From: Candidatus Bathyarchaeia archaeon
Lineage (GTDB): Archaea; Thermoproteota; Bathyarchaeia; Bathyarchaeales; Bathycorpusculaceae
Direction: 5' to 3'
Assembly: GCA_049969855.1 (NCBI GenBank)
Contig: JBMFOB010000022.1
Location: 1 to 20,743, forward strand
Length of the DNA: 20,743 nt
The first letter of the stretch is position 1. The number at the start of each line of letters is the position of its first letter. Shown here one piece after another: positions 7,557 through 15,764 of this stretch. The notes beneath the pieces were generated by a model. It ran no database searches and was not told the origin of the DNA. It saw only the letters and a program-made list of their open reading frames with translations. The position numbers and the translations under genes were made by a program.

Positions 7557-9101
7557 TTACACACCATATTCTGCTAAGCTTTTTCGTCCAGTCAAAACCC
7601 AAGCAGACATTGTGCCCCTTGCTCGTAGAGGTATTAGTGCTTTGGTTTTTCCCAAACTTTTAATGTAGGCGGCAACAGCCACAGAAACTGCGGCAACATC
7701 CTCCAGTTCTGCGATTTTGTCAGGTGAAATTTCAGTTTTGGCTTCTTCTTTTTTGGCTTTTCTTTTTTTAAAGAATTCTAAGGCCACTTGTGGAAAAAGC
7801 GCATATGTTATCTTATCCTCTTCACTTTCAATGTATGGTTTTACTTCTTCAGGTATTTTGTCAAGGGCGCTTTCTAATAGGTCTGCTGGACGGCAAGTTA
7901 TTGGTTCCTCATCGCCTATTATCTTCTTTTTAACCTTAGGATTGATGGGGGCTGGCGGTTTTCCATACAAGCCCTTCACATAATCTTTTATCTCTTTTGG
8001 CACTATGCTGTAGCGTTTACCAGAAATAACATTAAAAACGGCTTGAATACCCACAAGCTGACTTGTAGGCGTTACTAATGGAGGATAACCCAACTCTTTT
8101 CTAACCCTCGGAACCTCTTCAAGAACCTCCTTAAGCCTATCAAGCGCTTTTTGTTCCCTCAATTGCTCGAGAAGGTTGGAGAACATTCCGCCTGGAATTT
8201 GATGTACAATAATGGATGGATCAACCTGTTCAGCTTTTTTGTCTATAAGCTTTAATGGGTCATAATATTTCTCTCGCAGTTCTCTGAAGTAAGATGCAAT
8301 TTCGCTTAAAAGTTCCAAATCAAGTCCAGGATCGTATGGCGTTCCTTTTAAGGCGGCTACTATCGATTCTACTGGCGGCTGCGATGTACCCCAAGCAAAA
8401 GGTGAAAAGGCCGTGTCAATTATGTCCACTCCAGCTTCACATGCTCGAAGATATGTCATCATAACCATGCCGCTTGTGCTGTGACTGTGCAAGTGTACGG
8501 GTAGGCTTATCTCCTCTTTTAGCACTGTTATAAGCTCATAAGCTGGTTGTGGCGCAAGCATTCCAGCCATGTCTTTTATGCATATGGAATCACAATCAAG
8601 TTCAGCCAATTCTTTGGCAACTTTAACATAGTACTTTATTGTGTGGACTGGGCTTATAGTGTAGCATATTGTTCCCTGCGCATGCTTGCCAACTTTTTTA
8701 ATAGTTTTTATTGCCACTTCCATGTTTCTTACATCGTTTAAAGCATCAAAAACTCGAAAGATGTCTATGCCATTTTCAGCCGCCTTCTCAACAAATTTTA
8801 TGAGAACATCGTCTGGATAATTGCGATAGCCAACAATATTTTGTCCCCGCAAAAGCATCTGAAGCGGCGTCCTTTTTATGTGGCGCTTTAGCTGGCGTAT
8901 TCTCTCCCAAGGGTCTTCGCCTAAATAGCGTATGCAAACGTCGAATGTGGCTCCTCCCCACATTTCCAAAGAGAAAAAGCCCACTTGGTCGATTTTTTCT
9001 GCTATGGGAAGCATGGCGTCAGTGCGCATTCTCGTAGCCATCAAAGACTGATGAGCGTCTCTAAATGTGGTGTCGGTGATTTTAACTGGTTTCGAAGCCA
9101 T
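7557..9101 (-). CDS. Pyruvate/oxaloacetate carboxyltransferase (transcarboxylase 5S / PycB / OadA-like), without a biotinyl domain
   Basis: RDAHQS, WGGATFD, QMLLRG, CIKDMAG (carbamylated Lys), HLHSH, HQIPGGM and PPLVTPTSQ. No EAMKM in this polypeptide. Confidence 0.92.
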   Translation of the reverse strand: MASKPVKITDTTFRDAHQSLMATRMRTDAMLPIAEKIDQVGFFSLEMWGGATFDVCIRYLGEDPWERIRQLKRHIKRTPLQMLLRGQNIVGYRNYPDDVLIKFVEKAAENGIDIFRVFDALNDVRNMEVAIKTIKKVGKHAQGTICYTISPVHTIKYYVKVAKELAELDCDSICIKDMAGMLAPQPAYELITVLKEEISLPVHLHSHSTSGMVMMTYLRACEAGVDIIDTAFSPFAWGTSQPPVESIVAALKGTPYDPGLDLELLSEIASYFRELREKYYDPLKLIDKKAEQVDPSIIVHQIPGGMFSNLLEQLREQKALDRLKEVLEEVPRVRKELGYPPLVTPTSQLVGIQAVFNVISGKRYSIVPKEIKDYVKGLYGKPPAPINPKVKKKIIGDEEPITCRPADLLESALDKIPEEVKPYIESEEDKITYALFPQVALEFFKKRKAKKEEAKTEISPDKIAELEDVAAVSVAVAAYIKSLGKTKALIPLRARGTMSAWVLTGRKSLAEYGV

Positions 9102-9159
9102 AAATTGCTTAGCCCCTCTAGTATTTTTAGAGTTTGAAAATGGTCAAGCAACTATTAAT

Positions 9160-10728
9160 CTATAATGGTATGTTTCCGTGTTTTCTGGATGGTCTAGGCT
9201 CGCGTTTTGTGATTAGGCTTTCTAAGGCGCTGATAAGTTTTGGTCTTGTTTCTGCTGGTTCGATTACTTCGTCTATGTAGCCTTTCTGGGCTGCAACGTA
9301 TGGGTTTGCAAATTTTTGGCGATACTCGCTTACAAGTTCCATTCGCTTTTGTTCTGGATTTTCTGCTTCGGCTATTTCCTTTCTGAATATTATGTTTATG
9401 GCGCCTTGAGGTCCCATCACGGCTATTTCGGCTGTTGGCCAAGCATAGTTTATGTCTGCGCCTGAATGTTTAGAGCCCATGACGTCGTATGCTCCGCCAT
9501 AGGATTTGCGTAATATGGTGGTGATTTTTGGCACTGTTGCTTCGCAATAAGCGTATAAAAGTTTTGAACCATGCTTTATTATGCCGCCGTGCTCTTGCTC
9601 AAGACCGGGCAAGAAGCCTGGCACGTCTACGAATGTTATTATTGGAATGTTGAAGCAGTCGCAGAAACGTATGAATCGTCCTGCTTTCATGCTGCTGTTT
9701 ATGTCTAGGGCTCCAGCATAATGCAATGGTTGATTCGCCACTATGCCAACCGTCTTGCCATTTAACCTTGCAAAGCCTATAACAATGTTCTGCGCCCACA
9801 AGGGCTGAATTTCAAAGAACTCGCCATTATCAACCACACGAGTAATAATCTCCTTAACATCATAAGGTTTGTCTGGATCGTCTGGAAGAATCCTCGCCAA
9901 ATCTTCATCAGTGCGGTCTGGGTTATCTGTGGACTCTACTGCTGGCGGGTCTTCAAGATAATTGCTTGGCAGATAACTCAAAAGTTTCTTTATAATTTGA
10001 ATGCAATGCTCTTCGTTTTGGGCTATGAAATGGGCTACGCCGCTGGTTGTGCTATGCACCATAGCGCCGCCTAATTCTTCAAAAGTAACCTCTTGTCCCA
10101 AAGCAGCTTTAACCACGTCTGGACCAGTGATAAACATGTGACTTGTCTTGTCAACCATGATTATGAAGTCGGTTAGTGCAGGCGAATAGACGGCTCCGCC
10201 AGCGCATGGTCCCATTATAGCGCTTATCTGTGGAATTACGCCTGAGCTTATGACGTTTCTGAAGAAAATGTCCCCATAACCAGCAAGGCTTGCCACACCT
10301 TCTTGTATGCGCGCTCCGCCACTGTCATTTAAGCCTATGACTGGCGCTCCAGCTTTTAGGGCTAAATCCATTATCTTGCAAACCTTTTTTGCAAACATCT
10401 CACCCAACGAACCGCCAAAAACAGTGAAGTCTTGGCTGAAAACGTAAACGAGTCTGCCGTCTATTGTGCCATAACCCGTAACAACGCCATCGCCAAGATA
10501 TTTGCGTTCTGCCATGCCAAATTCTGTGCACTGATGAACCACAAAACGGTCAAGCTCATTGAAACTGCCTGGATCAAGCAACAATTCAATGCGCTCTCGA
10601 GCTGTCAATTTACCCTTAGCATGTTGTTCCTCAATGCGCTTTTGTCCACCGCCAAGTTTTGCTTGCTCATTTAATTCCCGTAAACGCTTAACCTTCTCAT
10701 CAACACTAGGCTCTTTTGTAAAGACCAT
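9160..10728 (-). CDS. Acyl-CoA carboxyltransferase (methylmalonyl-CoA carboxyltransferase 12S / MmdA / PccB-like)
   Basis: [54 protein letters not shown] and C-terminal RKHGNIPL. Confidence 0.95.
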   Translation of the reverse strand: MVFTKEPSVDEKVKRLRELNEQAKLGGGQKRIEEQHAKGKLTARERIELLLDPGSFNELDRFVVHQCTEFGMAERKYLGDGVVTGYGTIDGRLVYVFSQDFTVFGGSLGEMFAKKVCKIMDLALKAGAPVIGLNDSGGARIQEGVASLAGYGDIFFRNVISSGVIPQISAIMGPCAGGAVYSPALTDFIIMVDKTSHMFITGPDVVKAALGQEVTFEELGGAMVHSTTSGVAHFIAQNEEHCIQIIKKLLSYLPSNYLEDPPAVESTDNPDRTDEDLARILPDDPDKPYDVKEIITRVVDNGEFFEIQPLWAQNIVIGFARLNGKTVGIVANQPLHYAGALDINSSMKAGRFIRFCDCFNIPIITFVDVPGFLPGLEQEHGGIIKHGSKLLYAYCEATVPKITTILRKSYGGAYDVMGSKHSGADINYAWPTAEIAVMGPQGAINIIFRKEIAEAENPEQKRMELVSEYRQKFANPYVAAQKGYIDEVIEPAETRPKLISALESLITKREPRPSRKHGNIPL

Positions 10729-10791
10729 CGCTAATACCTCTTGCTTTTAGGTATGGCATCTCGGATATTTAGAATATACGGAAAAGGAAAC

Positions 10792-11589
10792 CTAAGTTTT
10801 CCATTCATTTATTTTAAGAGAAATATCTCCAACAAAAAAACGTTTCACTGTTCCATCTTCAAGCCTAACAACCAATGCTCCCTTATTATTAACGTCTAAA
10901 GCTAAGCCACAGAATCTTTCCGTTTCACCAGCGACTTCCACTGTTTTACCAAGAAAATCTGCATACTTTTTCCATTCCTTCAGAACCCAAGTGAAACCTT
11001 CTTTCAAAAACTTTTCATAAAGACTATCCAACTTTTCAAGCAACAATTTAAGCAGTTCTTCCAGCTTAACTTTTTTGCCCAACTCGCTTTCAAGTGATGT
11101 TGCAACAGTCTTCAGCTCTTCTGGAAACTCTTTTTTAACATTAACATTTGCGTTTATGCCTACGCCTATTATTACATAGTTAACTTTTCCACCTTTTGTC
11201 CTCATCTCGCTTAGTATTCCGCAAACCTTTCGACCGTTCACCAAAACATCGTTTGGCCACTTAGTCTCCGCATGCAATCCATATTTTTCATGCAAAACCT
11301 CTACAACTGCTAAGCCAGCCACAAATATGAGACCAACAGATTCTTTTACGGTGACTTTTGGCCTTAAAATAACGGAAAAATAGAGTCCGCCTTTTGACGA
11401 AAACCATTGTCTATCAAGTCTTCCTCGTCCAGCGGTTTGAGTTTCTGCTATGACAATGGTTCCTTCAGAAGCCCCGTAATTAGCCATTTCCTTAGCTAAG
11501 TCGTTTGTGGAACCAACCTCATGTAAGAACAGTATTTTTTTGCCAAGCTTTTTGGTTTGAAGGTTTTCTTGAATCTTATCTATTTTCAA
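10792..11589 (-). CDS. birA: Biotin-protein ligase (class I, no N-terminal HTH)
   Basis: STND, QTAGRGR, KWPND, KVCGIL and GIGIN motifs, with a C-terminal SH3-like domain. TTG start after GAGTGA. Confidence 0.95.
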   Translation of the reverse strand: MKIDKIQENLQTKKLGKKILFLHEVGSTNDLAKEMANYGASEGTIVIAETQTAGRGRLDRQWFSSKGGLYFSVILRPKVTVKESVGLIFVAGLAVVEVLHEKYGLHAETKWPNDVLVNGRKVCGILSEMRTKGGKVNYVIIGVGINANVNVKKEFPEELKTVATSLESELGKKVKLEELLKLLLEKLDSLYEKFLKEGFTWVLKEWKKYADFLGKTVEVAGETERFCGLALDVNNKGALVVRLEDGTVKRFFVGDISLKINEWKT

Positions 11590-11596
11590 CTATAAT

Positions 11597-11740
11597 TCAC
11601 TCTTCAAGAATGATATATGAAGGTATGTAAAAAACTATGTATGTTGAAGCGGCCAATAGAAACGGAATAACAAAACCTAAAGCTGCAATGAGAAAGCCGG
11701 ATAAAGCCAAACTTGGTTTGCCAACATGCAAGCTAAACAT
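11597..11740 (-). CDS. Possible 47-aa hydrophobic membrane peptide or gene remnant
   Basis: Hand translation: MFSLHVGKPSLALSGFLIAALGFVIPFLLAASTYIVFYIPSYIILEE. It is co-oriented between mce and birA, and its stop overlaps the birA RBS. No clear RBS of its own. Confidence 0.3.
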   Translation of the reverse strand: MFSLHVGKPSLALSGFLIAALGFVIPFLLAASTYIVFYIPSYIILEE

Positions 11741-11838
11741 TAACAAGCCCTGTTTACAGCCCCTATTGAGCCTTCCTTTGATTCAAACCATCACTTTCTA
11801 CCAAAACGTGTTTAGAATGGTTGCTTTTTAAATCCGAA

Positions 11839-12240
11839 TTACCTCATAACAAGCTCCAGAAGAACGCCTTTTGTGCTTTTTGGGTGAACAAAGGCAATTT
11901 TTGCGCCTTCAGCGCCAGCTCTAGGCTTATCGTCAACCAAAACCACGCCTTTACGCTTAAAATCCTCAAGCACAGCGTTAATGTTTTCAACTTTTACAGC
12001 GATATGGTGGATGCCTTCGCCTCGATTTTCAAGAAACTTTGCAACTGGACTGTCGCTGCCTAAGGGCTCTAAAAGCTCAATTCGGGTTTCGCCACCGCTG
12101 GAGAGAAAAGCAACTTTAACCTTCCTCTCACTTAAAACATGGATACCCTCAAGCTTAAAACCCAAAACATTCTTGTAAATGCCAATTGCCTCATCCAAAT
12201 TTTTTACAGCAACACCAACATGGTCAATACCTGTAAGCAT
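11839..12240 (-). CDS. mce: Methylmalonyl-CoA epimerase (VOC family)
   Basis: [25 protein letters not shown] and [17 protein letters not shown] 12240 follows GAGGTGA. Confidence 0.95.
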   Translation of the reverse strand: MLTGIDHVGVAVKNLDEAIGIYKNVLGFKLEGIHVLSERKVKVAFLSSGGETRIELLEPLGSDSPVAKFLENRGEGIHHIAVKVENINAVLEDFKRKGVVLVDDKPRAGAEGAKIAFVHPKSTKGVLLELVMR

Positions 12241-12286
12241 ACATGCTTCACCTCTCACAGAGTTTTAAATGCCATGTTAAACACAT

Positions 12287-12370
12287 TATAAAAAGTTTCT
12301 AAATATTTTGAATGAGAACTTGCTGTAAACTAAGATTTTCATAGCCGAATAGTGTTAGAAAACTATAAAG
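12287..12370. promoter_or_regulatory. Divergent BRE/TATA promoters for mce (-) and sdhA (+)
   Basis: Minus strand AGAAAC-TTTTTATA at about 12287-12300. Plus strand AGAAAA-CTATAAAG at 12357-12370. Each is about 35-50 nt from its start codon. Confidence 0.6.
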
Positions 12371-12405
12371 GGTAGGTCGCAAAATTTAGGTTCTCTCTAA
12401 AATGG

Positions 12406-14115
12406 GTGAACATGTTGGAGAAATATGTCCACGACATAATTATTATTGGAGCTGGCTTGGCTGGTCTTAGGGCTGCAATTGCAGCGGCTGAAGTTAGCAA
12501 CAAACTTGACATAGCCGTAATATCAAAACTTCATCCACTCCGCTCACATTCTGTCTGTGCTCAAGGCGGAACGGCTGCAGTAATGCGGGAAAAAGATTCT
12601 TATGATTTGCATGCTTTCGACACCATTAAAGGCGCTGATTATTTAGCCGACCAAGATATTGTTGAATTTTTTGTGAGACGAGCACCAAGAGAGATAGTTT
12701 TAACAGAACATTGGGGATGCCCATGGAGCCGCACATCCGATGGAAAAATAGACCAACGCCCTTTTGGAGGCCACACTTATCCGAGGGCTTGTTTTGCGGC
12801 GGACATGACTGGTTTTCATGAAATGCACACATTGTATGGAAAAGCCTCCTCATATGACAACATTAAATTTTATGATGAATGGTTCGCCACATCTCTAATG
12901 GTTGAAGACAAAACAGCAGTTGGCTTAACAGCTATAGAATTGAAAACTGGCAAGATACATGCCTTCCAAGCAAAAGCCATTGTGATTGCAACTGGAGGTC
13001 ACGAGCGCATATACGAATTCACAACTTTCTCTTACACAACCACTGGTGATGGGATGGCTATGGCTTACCGTGCTGGGGCTCCATTAATGGATATGGAATT
13101 TGTCCAATTTCACCCCACTGGTTTAGTACCATCTGGCGCATTAATAACTGAAGGAGCCCGAGGTGAAGGCGGATACTTAATTAACGCTCAAGGCGAACGT
13201 TTCATGAAACGTTACGCTCCAGAAAAAATGGAGTTAGCCCCCAGAGATGTGGTTTCAAGGGCTGAACAAACAGAAATTAACGAAGGCCGAGGACTGGAAG
13301 GACCTTATGGGTCTTACATAGCATTAGACCTGAGGCATTTAGGTGAGGAAAAAATAAACGAGAGATTGCCGCTTATTCGGGAAGTTGCCATAAAACTTAG
13401 CGGAGTAGACCCCGTCAAAGAGCCTATTCCAATAAGGCCGGCAGCCCACTATTCCATGGGTGGAATAAAGGCTAACATAAAAACTGAAACGCCAATTAAA
13501 GGGTTATACGCTGCTGGTGAATGCTCCTGTCTAAGCCTTCATGGAGCAAATAGGCTTGGCACAAACTCAACAGCAGAATGCCTTGTTTTTGGAGCAGTTG
13601 CTGGAGAAGAGGCTGCTAAACATGCCTTATCAAACAGCATAAAAGAACTATCCCATGAAAAAGTTCTAGCAGAGGAAAAGAGGGTTTTTGATGGAATTTT
13701 GGGCAGCGAAGGCGGCGAAAGGGTTTCAGTTATAAGAGATGAGATGAGGCGTATAATGAAAGAGAAAGTTTGGATATTCAGAAGAGGCGACCAACTTGAA
13801 AGCGCCTTGAAAGAGATAAGGGCGCTCAAAGAAAGGTTCAGACACATAAAGGTGCAAGACAAGGGCGGTCCGTTCAATACTGGTTTGGTGGATGCTTTGC
13901 AGCTTGACTTCATGCTGGAGCTTGCAGAAGTCACCATAGTGAGTGCACTTCCAAGGACCGAGTCCCGTGGAGCCCACTCAAGAATTGACTATCCGAAACG
14001 GGATGATGTAAACTGGTTAAAGCATACGCTGGCATACTACACAAAGGAAGGCCCAAGGCTTGAGTACATTCCTGTAACGATAACTAAGTGGCAGCCAGCA
14101 GCGAGAACGTATTAG
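12406..14115 (+). CDS. sdhA: Succinate dehydrogenase/fumarate reductase flavoprotein subunit
   Basis: [16 protein letters not shown] (covalent-FAD His), [41 protein letters not shown] and ESRGAH. The exact start could be 12406, 12412 or 12415. Confidence 0.95.
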   Translation: MNMLEKYVHDIIIIGAGLAGLRAAIAAAEVSNKLDIAVISKLHPLRSHSVCAQGGTAAVMREKDSYDLHAFDTIKGADYLADQDIVEFFVRRAPREIVLTEHWGCPWSRTSDGKIDQRPFGGHTYPRACFAADMTGFHEMHTLYGKASSYDNIKFYDEWFATSLMVEDKTAVGLTAIELKTGKIHAFQAKAIVIATGGHERIYEFTTFSYTTTGDGMAMAYRAGAPLMDMEFVQFHPTGLVPSGALITEGARGEGGYLINAQGERFMKRYAPEKMELAPRDVVSRAEQTEINEGRGLEGPYGSYIALDLRHLGEEKINERLPLIREVAIKLSGVDPVKEPIPIRPAAHYSMGGIKANIKTETPIKGLYAAGECSCLSLHGANRLGTNSTAECLVFGAVAGEEAAKHALSNSIKELSHEKVLAEEKRVFDGILGSEGGERVSVIRDEMRRIMKEKVWIFRRGDQLESALKEIRALKERFRHIKVQDKGGPFNTGLVDALQLDFMLELAEVTIVSALPRTESRGAHSRIDYPKRDDVNWLKHTLAYYTKEGPRLEYIPVTITKWQPAARTY

Positions 14116-14127
14116 GAGGTTGAATGC

Positions 14128-15693
14128 ATGAACTCTAAAGTGGAGAAAATTGTTGAGTTTAGGATAAACCGTTTTGACCCTCAAAATAAAAGGCATTATG
14201 TATCCACGTATAAGGTGCCGATTCGTAAGGGAACAAGCATCCTTGAAGCCCTCCAGTATATTAGGGATAATCTTGATGAGACGCTTTCTTTTAGGCATTC
14301 TTGTAGGATGGGCATCTGCGGAAGCTGCGGAATTAACGTTAACGGGCAACCCATGCTGGCATGTTATACTCAAGTTCTTGACCTTGGAGTTGACACGTTA
14401 GAGTTGGCGCCTTTATCCAACATGCCAGTAATAAAAGACTTAATAGTTGACATTGAACCCTTCTTTGACACTTTTAAGAAAATTAAAAAGTTTCTAATAA
14501 AACCCGAAGCGGAACTTAACAAGCTTGTAGAATTCGTGCAGAATCCTTTAGACTTGAAGAAATATTGGGACCTTACGCTTTGCACGAAATGTTCAATTTG
14601 TTATTCCGCTTGTCCAGCAGCAATAGACCAGAAGTTCCTCGGGCCATCAACATTAACTGCTAACTATCGCTTCATAGCTGATTCTAGGGATGAAGGGTTG
14701 GATGAACGATTAAAGCCGATGGCAGACAACATCTGGCTTTGCACTTCATGCAATTCATGTACGCTGTTCTGTCCAAAACTTGTTAACTGTTCAAACGCCG
14801 TAATTGACGACCGCAGCCTCCTAGTTGAGTCTGGAGTTATACCGAGAACTGTTAAAGACGTTTTGGAAAGCGTAATCAAATATCATAACCCTATGGGAAC
14901 CCATCAAAGCAAGAGAATGGACTGGAGTAAAGGCTTTAATATCAAGACGTTTCCTGATGTGGCGAAGGCTGATGTTTTGTTTTTTGTTTGCTGTTCAACA
15001 GCCTATGATATGAGAAATCAGGAAATGGCTGAAGCAATGGCTTCAATATTGGATAAAATGGGCATTAACTATGCAACTTTAGGCTCTGAAGAATGGTGCT
15101 GCGGAGACCACATTCTCAGATTAGGCGAGAAGGGATTATTCGAAGAGCTTGCTGAACACAACATTGAATTGTTCAAAAAGTTCAATGCAGAAAAAATTGT
15201 GGTCCTATCGCCTCACTGCTATAATACTTTCAAGAACGATAAGCCCTATAAGGATGCGGGACTTAACGTTCAACATTACACGCAGTTTTTGGCTGAAGCC
15301 ATCGAAAAAGGCAAACTGAAAACTTCTAAAACCATAAAGAAAAAAGTCACATACCACGACCCATGCTTCCTCGGAAAACGCAACAACATATACGATGCAC
15401 CCAGACAAATCTTGCAGTCTATAAACGGCTTAGAACTTGTGGAAATGAAAAGGACAAGACAAAACAGCTTCTGCTGCGGCGGAGGCGCCGGAAGAGTTTG
15501 GACTGAAGAGGCAGTCCCAGAAAAGAGACCAAGCGTGGAAAGGCTTAAAGAAGCATTGGCATTAGACGTTGAAGTCATAGCTACGGCTTGCCCATTCTGC
15601 GTGACAACGTTAGAAGATGCCGTGAAAGTTTTGGATGTGGAAGGCAAGATAGTGGTGAAAGACATATTAGAACTCTTGAAAGATGCTGTGTAA
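14128..15693 (+). CDS. SdhB/FrdB iron-sulfur subunit fused to two CCG (HdrD/GlpC-like) domains; TfrB-like architecture
   Basis: [2Fe-2S] SCRMGICGSC...AC, then CTKCSICYSACP and CTSCNSCTLFCP. CCG domains: FVCC...WCCG...SPHC and YHDPC...FCCGGG...ACPFC. GGAGG RBS. Confidence 0.9.
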   Translation: MNSKVEKIVEFRINRFDPQNKRHYVSTYKVPIRKGTSILEALQYIRDNLDETLSFRHSCRMGICGSCGINVNGQPMLACYTQVLDLGVDTLELAPLSNMPVIKDLIVDIEPFFDTFKKIKKFLIKPEAELNKLVEFVQNPLDLKKYWDLTLCTKCSICYSACPAAIDQKFLGPSTLTANYRFIADSRDEGLDERLKPMADNIWLCTSCNSCTLFCPKLVNCSNAVIDDRSLLVESGVIPRTVKDVLESVIKYHNPMGTHQSKRMDWSKGFNIKTFPDVAKADVLFFVCCSTAYDMRNQEMAEAMASILDKMGINYATLGSEEWCCGDHILRLGEKGLFEELAEHNIELFKKFNAEKIVVLSPHCYNTFKNDKPYKDAGLNVQHYTQFLAEAIEKGKLKTSKTIKKKVTYHDPCFLGKRNNIYDAPRQILQSINGLELVEMKRTRQNSFCCGGGAGRVWTEEAVPEKRPSVERLKEALALDVEVIATACPFCVTTLEDAVKVLDVEGKIVVKDILELLKDAV

Positions 15694-15764
15694 ATAAACC
15701 ATTAAATTAATATAACCTACTTCACACCTTATACTTTTCTTAAGTTAAGCTTGGAGGAAAAATC

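Noticed and set aside
7557-10728. Na+-translocating oxaloacetate or methylmalonyl-CoA decarboxylase, or ATP-dependent pyruvate/propionyl-CoA carboxylase
   Set aside because: No polytopic beta subunit and no biotin carboxylase in the cluster. Not preferred, but cannot be excluded genome-wide.
11637-12178. Plus-strand ORFs 11637-11831, 11821-12063 and 11981-12178
   Set aside because: No motifs, opposite to the operon direction, and two of them overlap mce.
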